From Candidatus Parcubacteria bacterium (GTDB lineage: Bacteria; Patescibacteriota; Patescibacteriia; Patescibacteriales; UBA12075), in assembly GCA_002869165.1 (NCBI GenBank), contig PKTK01000003.1, positions 20,195 through 84,194 on the forward strand: a stretch of 64,000 nt of DNA, read 5' to 3'. Below are positions 8,130-17,352 of the stretch, in pieces. Below the pieces are notes generated by a model. It ran no database searches. It worked only from the letters and a program-made list of their open reading frames with translations, and was not told where the DNA came from. A program made the position numbers and the translations under genes. Each line of letters begins with the position of its first letter. Positions within the stretch are counted from its first letter, which is position 1.

Positions 8130-10766
8130 TTAAGTTTCGCCTTTGATTGCTTTAAAGGGCAGTTTAATAAAAAAGGTCGTGCCTTTCTTTATCTCCGTTT
8201 CAAACCATATTTTTCCTCCCAAGCTTTCTGTGAATAATTTGGCTATATATAATCCAAGCCCTGAGATGTCTGATTCGGTTTCGAGCATTTCATAAGCTTT
8301 GTACATTTTGGTAAAAATCTTTGGTTTAATGCTTTCTGGAATACCAGGACCAGTATCTTTAACTGATAAAAGTAAATAGTCATGAAATTTTTCGGCTGAC
8401 AGAACAATTGTGCCTTTTTCTGGCGTATGTCTTATAGCATTCATGAATAGATTTTGGATTATATTTTTCAAGATATCTATGTCAACTTCAATCGTTTCAG
8501 GTAATTTGTTTGAAAAGTTTTCAATATAATGAATTTGTTTTTTCTTAAAAAGTAGTAGTGATCCGCTATACAAAGAGTTTAATAATTTTTTTAGATTAAT
8601 TTTTTTAGGGCTGTCACTAAAAGTACCCATTTCGATTCGAGAAATATTCAATAGTTTGTTAATTATACTAGTCATGAAATTAATATCAGTAAGTACATCC
8701 TCGGCAAGCTGTTTTTCATCCTTTTTGTCCAATCCTTTTATTAGTAATTCAAGACCGAAACCAGCACTGGTTAGGGGATTGCGTAGTTGATGTGAGGCCA
8801 AAGAAATAAATTCAGTTTTAGCATCACTGATTCTTGTTTCTTCTGTTATATTTCGTGAAACGCAAATTATGTTGTTGATTGTTTTTTCTTTTGAAACAAT
8901 AGGGATAAATAATTCTTGATAAATATTTATTTGCTCATCGTTTTGCTTGCGTTTATATTCTATAGTAGATTCAACACCTATTTTGGCTTTTTCCAAGGCA
9001 TTTTTTATTAAATCCTTATTTTCTTTGTTTATTAAATTTAAATAATATCTCTCTTTCACTAAATCATAACTACTAAAACCATATTTTTTTAAGGCTGGCA
9101 TATTCATATATTTGATTTTGAAATTTGTATCCAGCATTTTTATGTTGTAAGGAGAGGCCTCAGCCATTATCTTGTACTTTTCCTCGCTTAGTCGAATTTT
9201 TTCCTCAACCAATTTTCTTTCTGTGATATCAGTTGAGAGAATAAAAATTCCTTCAGGAACTGAGTCGATTCCCAAGCTAAACCAATGGCGACTACCGTCT
9301 TCATATTGGAATTCATTATCAAATCTTTGTCTTTCTCCTCCGTTCATGCAGATTTTTAATTTTTCAAACATTTCTGTTTTTTCGATTCCCGGATATACTT
9401 CCATCATGGTTTTTCCCAGCAGATCCTCTTTTCGTTTGCGTCCGTGTCTGGCAGCAATATTGTTTACATATAAATAGCGCCAGTTGTAATCAATTAACTG
9501 AGCTCCTTCCATCATATTATCAAGAGTATTTCGATAGCGCTTTTCAGCCGCTTCTAAATCTTTTTCAATTTTTTTCCGTTCGCTAATATCTTCCATGATT
9601 ACTGCGAATTGCATTTTGGCTGGACAATAAGCAGATACCATATACCAGCGATTTAAAGCTCTGGAAAAACCTTCAATTTTTTCGGATGTTTCGTTAATCG
9701 CTACATTACCATAGATTTTCAACCAATCAATTTCATCGTTTATAATATCTGGGTTAACTTCTCTTGCTGTTTTTCCAATAATATCAATGGCCTTAAGGCC
9801 AGTCATTTTTTCAAAAGCTGTATTAACTTCCTTGAAGATAAAATCTATCGGTTTCCCTTTGCTATCCGTGATAATTTCATGTAGTGCAAAACCTGATGAC
9901 ATGTTTGAAAACAGATCGCGCATTTTTTTCTCACTTCGCCTAAGGCTTTCTTCTTTTTCTTTAAGATTGTGGAAGATGGTCTCTTGGGGATTTTTCACTC
10001 CTGAGACAACAATGGATAGGTATATCAAAATGAATGAACTTAATTTTGATAAATGACCCAATAAACTAAAAATACCATAAGGGTCGGTATATAAAGTAAA
10101 AGCCATTTCGGAAAAAATAGTCAGAGCTATAGACCATAAAATCAAAATAAGTACATTCAGATTGAAGTGCTTCTTTCTTTTTACTAAAAGTATACTAGAT
10201 ATGAAAAGTATCAATACGATTAAGTACTCGCTACCTATCTTAAAAGGAGTCAAACCTGTATCTAGGAAGTAAGCATTAGGGAAATAGCCAGAAAAGATTA
10301 AGACAATTACCGAGATAGTAAAAATAAAATACCCCCAAAACCATGAGTTATATTTTAAGGGCTTAGCAACAAAAAAAGCCCCAATAAATATTGTTAGGCT
10401 TTCTGTATATCTTGCGAGTATCCAGAGTTGAGGACTTACATTATCTTCATTTATCCAGAGAATATTCATGCCAGGATAGGCAAGCGTATGTAAAAAATCT
10501 ACTACCCCAATAAACAAATAAGCAATTCCGATAATATTAAAGAAATTATTATCAACAATTTTTCGAGAATTCCAGGATACAACAAAGACCATTCCGGCAA
10601 TTATTACGCTTGTAAACTCTATGCTTATATGAAAGAGCAGATAATTGTAGATGCTAGCTAGTAAAAGTAAGATAAACAAAGCAACAAATCCCAAAATCCA
10701 AAAAAATATTGGCCATTTGCTTTTTTTTGAAGACAAACTTTTTGTTTTTTCTTGCTCTATCTGCAT
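8130..10766 (-). CDS. Membrane sensor histidine kinase (multi-TM N-terminus, PAS repeats, HisKA, HATPase)
   Basis: H-box SHQLRNPLT, G-box GLGLYIAK, about 8 N-terminal TM helices and several PAS-like segments. No cognate regulator is adjacent. Confidence 0.9.
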   Translation of the reverse strand: MQIEQEKTKSLSSKKSKWPIFFWILGFVALFILLLLASIYNYLLFHISIEFTSVIIAGMVFVVSWNSRKIVDNNFFNIIGIAYLFIGVVDFLHTLAYPGMNILWINEDNVSPQLWILARYTESLTIFIGAFFVAKPLKYNSWFWGYFIFTISVIVLIFSGYFPNAYFLDTGLTPFKIGSEYLIVLILFISSILLVKRKKHFNLNVLILILWSIALTIFSEMAFTLYTDPYGIFSLLGHLSKLSSFILIYLSIVVSGVKNPQETIFHNLKEKEESLRRSEKKMRDLFSNMSSGFALHEIITDSKGKPIDFIFKEVNTAFEKMTGLKAIDIIGKTAREVNPDIINDEIDWLKIYGNVAINETSEKIEGFSRALNRWYMVSAYCPAKMQFAVIMEDISERKKIEKDLEAAEKRYRNTLDNMMEGAQLIDYNWRYLYVNNIAARHGRKRKEDLLGKTMMEVYPGIEKTEMFEKLKICMNGGERQRFDNEFQYEDGSRHWFSLGIDSVPEGIFILSTDITERKLVEEKIRLSEEKYKIMAEASPYNIKMLDTNFKIKYMNMPALKKYGFSSYDLVKERYYLNLINKENKDLIKNALEKAKIGVESTIEYKRKQNDEQINIYQELFIPIVSKEKTINNIICVSRNITEETRISDAKTEFISLASHQLRNPLTSAGFGLELLIKGLDKKDEKQLAEDVLTDINFMTSIINKLLNISRIEMGTFSDSPKKINLKKLLNSLYSGSLLLFKKKQIHYIENFSNKLPETIEVDIDILKNIIQNLFMNAIRHTPEKGTIVLSAEKFHDYLLLSVKDTGPGIPESIKPKIFTKMYKAYEMLETESDISGLGLYIAKLFTESLGGKIWFETEIKKGTTFFIKLPFKAIKGET

Positions 10767-10912
10767 AAAATAATTTATTTTATGGCTTTAAAAGTATGTT
10801 AATCCTATATCAAATAGGGCTTTTAGTCAATGAAGTAAAAACCTTTTTCTTCTTAAACTTTAAGAAAAATGGTATAATATTAATAGAATATTAATTATTT
10901 ACAAATAAAACA

Positions 10913-11926
10913 ATGAAGTTAAGAATTTTTGCAATAACTTTTTTGCTAATGTTTTTATTGAGTGGATGTTATCTTCCAGTGATAAAAAAAGAAATTACGA
11001 TTCCGTTTATTGAAAAAAGTCCTGAAGTCGTTTTGCAAACAGCTATTGATAACATGAAGAATATAAATGATTATGAGATGGAGTCGACATACAGCATAGA
11101 AATAAACTTTAGCGATGACAAGATGAGTTTTTTGAATGAAGATGTTCGAAAAAAGATAGTTAAATTTGTAAATAGTTATTCGCCAAAAGTTATGGGCATT
11201 GATTCCGAAACAGACATTGAACAAGATGTACAGCCGGTTTTATCTGGTTTCCCTGAAAAGATTGTAGTTGATTATAAAATTAATGCAAAAGTACAGTTAG
11301 AAGAAGGGAACACGAAGAAAGCATATTATAATATAGACTTAAGTTATGCTTTGGAAGGAATGAGTTTTAATGCGAATGTTGATGCAATTTATCAAGACGA
11401 GGTATTGTATCTCAAATTCAATATTATACCAGACATGATCAATATGTTTATCGCACAAATGAATATTGAGATAAAAAATAAATGGTTCAAGATCGATTTG
11501 AATGAGGCAAAAGAATTTCAAGAAGGCAACCAAACACCAGTTAACATCAATGAATTGGATGATGAGAAAATGAAGCAGATAAATGATGAAGTGGCTAATC
11601 TCTACAAAGAATATCCTGTACTTAGTTTCGAGGGAAGAGAGAAAGATGAGTTGATCGATGATCAAAAGAATTATCACTATTTGTATGTGATTGACAAAAG
11701 TAATTTAGAAAAGTTTATTTTTAAAGCTTTGGATATTTATAACAAAGAACTAGCTGAAGCTTTCCCGCTTGAATATGAGGATGACAAAAAAGATGCTGTT
11801 TTTGATTCTGTAATAGAAGCAATCGGTGACAATAGTATCGATTTGTATATTGATAAAAAAGATCTCGTTCTTAGACTTTTAAGCTTTGCCATTAATATAG
11901 ATCTAAGCGATAGCGCAGCTTCATAA
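10913..11926 (+). CDS. Hypothetical lipoprotein
   Basis: Signal peptide ending in the lipobox LLSGC. An extended -10 TGGTATAAT lies upstream. Confidence 0.65.
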   Translation: MKLRIFAITFLLMFLLSGCYLPVIKKEITIPFIEKSPEVVLQTAIDNMKNINDYEMESTYSIEINFSDDKMSFLNEDVRKKIVKFVNSYSPKVMGIDSETDIEQDVQPVLSGFPEKIVVDYKINAKVQLEEGNTKKAYYNIDLSYALEGMSFNANVDAIYQDEVLYLKFNIIPDMINMFIAQMNIEIKNKWFKIDLNEAKEFQEGNQTPVNINELDDEKMKQINDEVANLYKEYPVLSFEGREKDELIDDQKNYHYLYVIDKSNLEKFIFKALDIYNKELAEAFPLEYEDDKKDAVFDSVIEAIGDNSIDLYIDKKDLVLRLLSFAINIDLSDSAAS

Positions 11927-12526
11927 ATGGTCAAAAAAGATATTGGTATGAATATATCTGGTAGCTTTAATTATAAGAGTATTAATGAAGGAGTAGTAAT
12001 TGATATTCCAGAAAACGCAGAATCTTTATTTGATATAGTAAACAAACAACTAGAGGGATCAAGAATGGAAGCTAAAAATGCCAAGCGATTATCAGACGTT
12101 AAGCAATTAGCTACTATGGCCGAACTTCATTATGCGAATTATGGAGCTTACCCCTTGGATGAAAGTGAATTAGAGGAGTTCGAAAAATTTGACAATCCTG
12201 AAAATTCTGAAAATTCAATTTGTCCTGATGATTTTGTATATAGTTACAGAAGTCTAAATGAGCAACAAGATTATGAAATTACTTTTTGTCTGGAGGGCGA
12301 GGGAAGTAGAAATCTGCCAGGTGGAATCCAAACAATAATTACCGGGGGAATATTTGCTGGGGCAACAAATCAAACAGATACTGATGGAGATGGCTTGAGT
12401 GATATAGATGAAGTTACCTATGGCACAGATATATACGTCAAGGACACGGATGGTGATGGATATAGTGATGGAGATGAGGTTAAAAACGGTTATAATCCAA
12501 ATGGAGGAGGGAAGTTGGCGGAGTAA
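11927..12526 (+). CDS. Protein with a pilin-like core and thrombospondin type-3-like Ca-binding repeats
   Basis: KRLSDVKQLATMAELHYANYGAYP resembles the region after the pilin N-helix. The C-terminus is DTDGDGLSDIDE...DTDGDGYSDGDEVKNGYNP. The start abuts the previous stop. Confidence 0.6.
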   Translation: MVKKDIGMNISGSFNYKSINEGVVIDIPENAESLFDIVNKQLEGSRMEAKNAKRLSDVKQLATMAELHYANYGAYPLDESELEEFEKFDNPENSENSICPDDFVYSYRSLNEQQDYEITFCLEGEGSRNLPGGIQTIITGGIFAGATNQTDTDGDGLSDIDEVTYGTDIYVKDTDGDGYSDGDEVKNGYNPNGGGKLAE

Positions 12527-12597
12527 AATAACTAATTACTAAACATTGAAATAAAAAAAACATATATTCGAATATATGTTTTTTTTATTTTAATATG

Positions 12598-12631
12598 CCC
12601 CCAATTAAAAACGTGTTTAGAACTTTGGGTT
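12598..12631. repeat. Copy 1 of a conserved hairpin motif CCCAATTAA(A/G)AACGTGTTTAGAACTTT
   Basis: Matches 13600-13627 apart from one A/G difference and the last base or two. It lies downstream of the minus-strand gene 12711-13490. Confidence 0.7.
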
Positions 12632-12710
12632 GAAATATTATCGAAGAAAATTTAGCTAAATTAAATACTTATTTGTTAGGTAATAATTAAAACTATTCTA
12701 CATTTTTGTC

Positions 12711-13490
12711 CTATTTTTGACCACCACGTCCGCTTTTTTGATTTTCTTGTTCCCCTTGTCTAAATCCTCCTTTTTCTGTTTCTGAATTAATAATTTCATC
12801 ATAATCAGTTTGGCCTAATTTCTGTGGTTCATAATTCTGTCCCTGGCTATTCATAGTTCGCACGAAACTACGCAAATGATTTCTTGAGCCACTTTTTAAA
12901 TTTTCATAAACTAATTCTATGTCGCTATTTGAAGTTTGATTTAAATACTTATCTAAATCAATAATATCAATTTCTTCAATTAGAGCGCCTACCTCTAATG
13001 CATTAATCAAAGATGTGTTACCCTCTGCAACTAAATCATTAAATAGTTTGGCTAACTCTTCATTCTTATATTTGCCAACTTCATCATTATAAAATTCAAT
13101 ATCAATACCATATTTCTCTGCTAAATTTTTTACGGCATTTATGTGAGTTGCTTCGCTTTGTGATATATTTTGAAAGTTTTGTTGGTTCCATTTTTCAAAT
13201 AACTTAATATATACATCACGAGCCAATTTTTCTTCTTCAAGCATAAACTTTATCCCAGCTTGCTCATCTTCTGTTAACTCAGATGCAGCTGCCTCATTAA
13301 GAATGCCTGATAAAATTTCGGTGTTTATTTTTGTATTGCCTTCATCATCAACTTGTAAGACGTCTAAAATTTCAGTGTTATCAGCTGTTTTATTAGTTAA
13401 AATATTCTGTTGTGCAGGACTAACATTTGTAGAGCATCCTGCTAATAAAATAGTAAAAACTACAAATGAAAAATAAAATATTTTTTTCAT
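12711..13490 (-). CDS. Ferritin-like DUF2202 lipoprotein
   Basis: Lipobox LLAGC. EEKLARDVYIKLFEKWNQQNFQNISQSEATHINAV is typical of the DUF2202 ferritin-like family. Confidence 0.7.
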   Translation of the reverse strand: MKKIFYFSFVVFTILLAGCSTNVSPAQQNILTNKTADNTEILDVLQVDDEGNTKINTEILSGILNEAAASELTEDEQAGIKFMLEEEKLARDVYIKLFEKWNQQNFQNISQSEATHINAVKNLAEKYGIDIEFYNDEVGKYKNEELAKLFNDLVAEGNTSLINALEVGALIEEIDIIDLDKYLNQTSNSDIELVYENLKSGSRNHLRSFVRTMNSQGQNYEPQKLGQTDYDEIINSETEKGGFRQGEQENQKSGRGGQK

Positions 13491-13597
13491 ATACTAATTT
13501 AATAATTATAGATATATTATATCATAATTTATTTCTGTTCAGTAGGGTGCAAAAAAATCTACTATAATTAGTAGATTTTTTAGCTCTAATCCAATAG

Positions 13598-13638
13598 CTC
13601 CCAATTAAGAACGTGTTTAGAACTTTTGATTGGGGGAG
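13598..13638. repeat. Copy 2 of the CCCAATTAAGAACGTGTTTAGAACTTT hairpin motif
   Basis: CTCCCAAT...ATTGGGGGAG stem around the conserved loop. It lies downstream of the minus-strand gene 13672-15252. Confidence 0.7.
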
Positions 13639-13671
13639 TATTGAGAATGAGTTGTATAAAATTGTATTAAA

Positions 13672-15252
13672 TTAGTTTAAAGGATCAAATCCATTTTTAA
13701 CTTCATCTCCATCTGAATAGCTGTCATTATCTGTATCTGGATTGTTGATATCAGTTTTATATTTCAATTCATCTTCATCGGATAGTCCATCATTGTCAGA
13801 ATCTTTTCTTATGATAGGGGCTCCTTCTTTTACTGTATAGTAGGTATTATCGATTATTGTAATTTTTTTATTATCAACTAAATTGTTCAACATATCTTCA
13901 AATACACTAGATGTTAGAAAATAAAATTTCTGGACTTCTTTTTTATTATTTTCTGTCATTTTCCCTTCTAGTTTATTGTCTATCATCCAAACTATACCAC
14001 TTTCTTTTTTTTCTATATATTGATTTAGATATGAGATGCAAGTATTTTTAGCTGTAGTATCTTGAATCCCATCACATTGGGATTTATCTATTGAGGGGAT
14101 TTTGCGTTCATTAAAGTTTAGATAGTATTCCCGAAAGCAAGTACTCGGAATAGGGCTGAGACCACAAACTGTTGGATCACCTTGTTTGGCGATAGATGTG
14201 TAACAATTAGCTAGACTGCCACTTCCTGTTACTTTTAGACAAAGATCTGTGTTCTTTTGTTTTCCTGCATAATAAAAATAGCAATCGGATTTTTTATAAG
14301 AGTCTTTCATCTCTTCACACAGCTTAGGGTCACTAGTTTTTCTCATAAAATTTAACAAGCAAACTGATTGTGACTGATCATTTTTGATTTTATTACATAT
14401 GTTTTTGTTGTTTGTTTGCTTAGCTTTATCCATTAAACAAAAGTTTTTGCTTCGTTCATCATCGGCAAAATTGCAAACTATACTTGCTGGAAGTATCTTT
14501 TGATAATTGATAATCATTGATCCGAGTACAAAGTAAAAGATAAAAGAAAATATAAATAGAATAGATATGCTGGTTATTTTTTTTTCTTTAAATATTGTAA
14601 TACCGCCAATTAAGCTAAGTATCAAAATAATTAGAGGACCACCAAAATAGGCAGTAATAACAGGTGCTGGGTTTATCCAGCATCCAGGGCAGGTCATGTT
14701 TTTAGCGATTAAAAATATAATTATTATGGACAAGACTGAGAAGATAAGTGATATCCCAAGTAGTTTGGCAATTTTGATTTCATTAGTATTTGGGATTGTC
14801 GAAGTTTTCATTTCTTCTATTTGTTCGGTTGTAGTATTAGTTTCAGTGGTTTTAGGCACATGTGAATCATTCTTTTTATAATAATTGTAAATAAATGAAA
14901 AGAGTATAATATTGAGAAATAAAAAAAATAAGGAAGATGTATCTATAAGCCTAGTCATAACACCTTCCCAAAAAATTCTTTTAGAAAACAATAGTTGCGC
15001 TATTAAAAATTTCAATGGGAAAATAATTATAGCTAAAAGATAAAAGTATTTATATGATTTGTTATCACGATATATTAAATATGCAATTGCAAATAGTAGT
15101 CCTGATATGGCAATTGGTATAATATAGTAATTAAGGAAATAGTTAATGTTTTTGTTTTGTAAAGATATAAACATCCATGAGTATTTGATCAACAAGTATG
15201 ATGCCTGTATTACTATAATATATAGTATGTTGTGTTTTAAATTTTTAAACAT
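13672..15252 (-). CDS. Polytopic membrane protein with a Cys-rich ectodomain and C-terminal TSP3-like repeats
   Basis: Multiple TM segments. The C-terminus DSDNDGLSDEDEL...DTDNDSYSDGDEVKNGFDPL parallels that of 11927-12526. Confidence 0.65.
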   Translation of the reverse strand: MFKNLKHNILYIIVIQASYLLIKYSWMFISLQNKNINYFLNYYIIPIAISGLLFAIAYLIYRDNKSYKYFYLLAIIIFPLKFLIAQLLFSKRIFWEGVMTRLIDTSSLFFLFLNIILFSFIYNYYKKNDSHVPKTTETNTTTEQIEEMKTSTIPNTNEIKIAKLLGISLIFSVLSIIIIFLIAKNMTCPGCWINPAPVITAYFGGPLIILILSLIGGITIFKEKKITSISILFIFSFIFYFVLGSMIINYQKILPASIVCNFADDERSKNFCLMDKAKQTNNKNICNKIKNDQSQSVCLLNFMRKTSDPKLCEEMKDSYKKSDCYFYYAGKQKNTDLCLKVTGSGSLANCYTSIAKQGDPTVCGLSPIPSTCFREYYLNFNERKIPSIDKSQCDGIQDTTAKNTCISYLNQYIEKKESGIVWMIDNKLEGKMTENNKKEVQKFYFLTSSVFEDMLNNLVDNKKITIIDNTYYTVKEGAPIIRKDSDNDGLSDEDELKYKTDINNPDTDNDSYSDGDEVKNGFDPLN

Positions 15253-15343
15253 TATATTTCTTTAATAATAAGTATTAATATTATATCATTTACCTCATTT
15301 TTTAGGTATTAAATGTTGTGGGACAAAAAATGAAATAAAAAAA

Positions 15344-15447
15344 CGTCGCTAAAAATAGCGACGAATTTCGTTGCTCGCACTGGTGGACGGGCTACAAGAC
15401 ATTAATTGGGCTACTGCTTTTGAATTCCCGGAAGTTGCTTATGCTGA
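15344..15447. repeat. Left-module copy of the conserved hairpin plus 75-bp block
   Basis: Hairpin CGTCGCT/AGCGACG at 15344-15363. Block 15373-15447 matches 17203-17277 with 6 mismatches. Confidence 0.8.
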
Positions 15448-15472
15448 AATAAATAAAATGGTAATTATATAA
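15371..15472 (+). CDS. Candidate micro-ORF (LALVDGLQDINWATAFEFPEVAYAE...) inside the conserved block
   Basis: 5 of the 7 differences to the second copy are synonymous in this frame and the other 2 are conservative. Only TTG or GTG starts are available and there is no SD. Confidence 0.3.
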   Translation: MLALVDGLQDINWATAFEFPEVAYAEINKMVII

Positions 15473-15480
15473 AAATAAAA

Positions 15481-15509
15481 AGAGGGTATCGCATTTGCGA
15501 ATACCCTCT
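15481..15509 (-). terminator. Intrinsic terminator of 15539-16045
   Basis: Stem AGAGGGTAT/ATACCCTCT with a T-run on the minus strand. Confidence 0.75.
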
Positions 15510-15538
15510 GCTTTCAAACCCCGGTCCAAGGTATTGTG

Positions 15539-16045
15539 TTATGCCTGAGCGGCTTCTTTTTCGGCCTTAACTTTTTCCATAAGGCAACCGAAGCATTTTC
15601 CGCCTTTGTGGCTGTAATAGTCGTGTTGTTCGCAGTGATCCACATCACCCTTGGGGACGATTGGTTTACAGTTGACATCAACTCGAACCATCTTTTTTTC
15701 AAGCTTCTTGTTGGTTCGGCACAGATCGTTATGGGCGTGTGTGGCTTCCTTGGGAAACCAGAATTTGTCATCGCCCTCGCCGTCATCCCGGCAATCCCAC
15801 TGATCAATAAAAGAGTTGGTTTGGCTTTCCGGCCAGTAGTCCCAGTGTTTGGTGTATTCCTTGCCGTCATCGCCGACACCTTTGAGGCTCGTCATATCAA
15901 CGGGTTTATTGGAAAATTCACCGGGAACGCCAGTTTTTGTTTCCGTGATCTTCACGAGAACTTCCTTCATAACAGTGACAACACCGTTCTCAAAATCCAC
16001 ATTCTCTTGCCACAGACAGATGGCTTGACCAATTTCGTAAGGCAT
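15539..16045 (-). CDS. G+C-rich hypothetical protein, Cys/His-rich C-terminal half (cargo of the left module)
   Basis: SD AGAGGAGA, its own TTGACA promoter and its own terminator. The plus-strand ORF 15536-16087 and minus ORF 15514-15879 lack expression signals and are treated as shadow ORFs. Confidence 0.7.
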   Translation of the reverse strand: MPYEIGQAICLWQENVDFENGVVTVMKEVLVKITETKTGVPGEFSNKPVDMTSLKGVGDDGKEYTKHWDYWPESQTNSFIDQWDCRDDGEGDDKFWFPKEATHAHNDLCRTNKKLEKKMVRVDVNCKPIVPKGDVDHCEQHDYYSHKGGKCFGCLMEKVKAEKEAAQA

Positions 16046-16132
16046 AATTTTTCTCCTCTTTTTGTGGGTTATTATTTGAAAAATTAAATTAACTTAAAGG
16101 TTTCTGTATTATACAAAGATCATAATCATAAT

Positions 16133-16161
16133 ATAATAACATAATATATTATAAATGTCAA
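16133..16161 (-). promoter_or_regulatory. Promoter of the left cargo module
   Basis: On the minus strand: TTGACA (16161-16156), a 17-nt spacer, then TGtTATTAT (-10 at 16138-16133). Confidence 0.6.
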
Positions 16162-16248
16162 GCAATGTTCGAAATCGGCCATAGTTCACAAATTTCAACA
16201 AAAAAAATTACCTAAAATTAGATAAGTTTTTTTGATATTTTTATGCTC
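16150..16248. repeat. Left-module copy of the roughly 100-bp repeat (63 bp identical to 18442-18504)
   Basis: 16186-16248 equals 18442-18504 with no mismatch by my reading. 16162-16185 is diverged and resembles a tRNA TpsiC loop plus acceptor 3' half (GTTCGAAATCGGCCATAGTTCA). Confidence 0.8.
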
Positions 16249-16402
16249 TCTTTCTTGGACGAACTTCGAACCAGTTACTTAGATAGCAAGGAGTATTTTT
16301 ATATGCCCGAACTAACTAAAGATAAGGTAATACTCGAGCAATAATTATAAAAAAAGACCACCCGTCACTTTGTGTGACAGGTGGTGAAGTATATTTTTGT
16401 TC

Positions 16403-17053
16403 TTACAGAATTTCCGTTATCTCTTTTAAGCCAGGAACTATCTTCCAGGCAAGTTGTTTGTGCTCTTTTTTTGCACGATTGAATGTTATCCCTTTAGTCT
16501 TTCTAAATAATTGATGGTCGTTACCTCCATCACCAATAGAGGAGACATTTTCTAATTGAAAGCCAAGAATACCGCAAAAATCTTGCAAATAAAGAACCTT
16601 GTTTTCCGCCTCATCTCCTGTGCGATCATCTACTGATACTTTGCTGATATAGCCACTGCGATCAAAATGAAATTTAGTCAGAGACTTAAAATATTCAATC
16701 TTCAATTCTGCAGCAATTTTTTGGACCAATAAATCCATTGCACCAGAGATAAGGATAACAGTATACTTTTGCTGCAAATATTCTATCAATTCTTTTGCGA
16801 ATGGATAGTAAGTATAGTTCATTATTATATCTTCAACTGCCTCCTTGGTCGGATTACCTCTTTCTCGATAAATATCTAAAGCAAGGTTCACCCACTCCGA
16901 ATAAGTTATTTTTCCTTCTTTGTGTTGATTATAGAAAAAAGAATCTTCTTCGGGTGTCATCCCCATGGCAAAATTAAGTTCTGGCCAGGTTTGTTCTTTG
17001 ACAAGTGTCTCATTTAGGTCAACACAAATAACCGAAATACCATTATTCTTCAT
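16403..17053 (-). CDS. HAD-superfamily hydrolase (subfamily IB, phosphoserine-phosphatase-like)
   Basis: Motif I VDLNETL and motif IV GDGGND. AT-rich like the genome background. TTGACT-17-TATAAT promoter and a hairpin terminator at 16358-16385. Confidence 0.75.
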   Translation of the reverse strand: MKNNGISVICVDLNETLVKEQTWPELNFAMGMTPEEDSFFYNQHKEGKITYSEWVNLALDIYRERGNPTKEAVEDIIMNYTYYPFAKELIEYLQQKYTVILISGAMDLLVQKIAAELKIEYFKSLTKFHFDRSGYISKVSVDDRTGDEAENKVLYLQDFCGILGFQLENVSSIGDGGNDHQLFRKTKGITFNRAKKEHKQLAWKIVPGLKEITEIL

Positions 17054-17172
17054 ATTTTCCTCCTATGTGTTAAGAACAAGTTACTTTTTATTTGTTAATG
17101 TAAGATTATATTAAACACATAAAATAGTCAAACACTTATGCTGGTTCGACCTTTCGACTTTGGTATTAAAAA

Positions 17173-17277
17173 ATAACGCTAAAATAAGCGTTATTTTTCT
17201 TAGCTCGCATTGTTGGACGGGCTACAAGACATAAACTGGGCTACTGCTTTTGAATTTCCAGAAGTTGCTTATGCTGA
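17173..17277. repeat. Right-module copy of the conserved hairpin plus 75-bp block
   Basis: Hairpin ATAACGCT/AGCGTTAT at 17173-17194; the outer three pairs differ from copy 1 on both arms. The 75-bp block is at 17203-17277. Confidence 0.8.
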
Positions 17278-17299
17278 TATGGTTAATATGACTAAATAA
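17210..17299 (+). CDS. Second copy of the candidate micro-ORF (LLDGLQDINWATAFEFPEVAYADMVNMTK)
   Basis: Same frame and same peptide core as 15371-15472, with TTG starts only. Confidence 0.3.
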   Translation: MLDGLQDINWATAFEFPEVAYADMVNMTK

Positions 17300-17306
17300 A
17301 AAAACA

Positions 17307-17335
17307 GCCAGTCTTGCAAATTGCACAAGACTGGC
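17307..17335 (-). terminator. Intrinsic terminator of 17353-17820
   Basis: Stem GCCAGTCTTG/CAAGACTGGC with a T-run on the minus strand. Confidence 0.75.
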
Positions 17336-17352
17336 CATCGATATTTGAACTT

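Noticed and set aside
15514-16087. Plus-strand ORF 15536-16087 (hydrophobic, 183 aa) and minus ORF 15514-15879 as real genes; likewise 2483-2851, 2539-2751, 17388-17759, 17575-17823, 17842-18075 and 17857-18057
   Set aside because: They are shadow frames of G+C-rich coding sequence. Only the chosen frames have an SD, a TTGACA promoter and a terminator in the correct orientation.
16249-16340. Decayed tRNA at the position equivalent to tRNA-Asn in the left module
   Set aside because: Only a GGTTCGAA word is present on the minus strand. No acceptor or anticodon stems can be folded, so it is mentioned only as a possibility.
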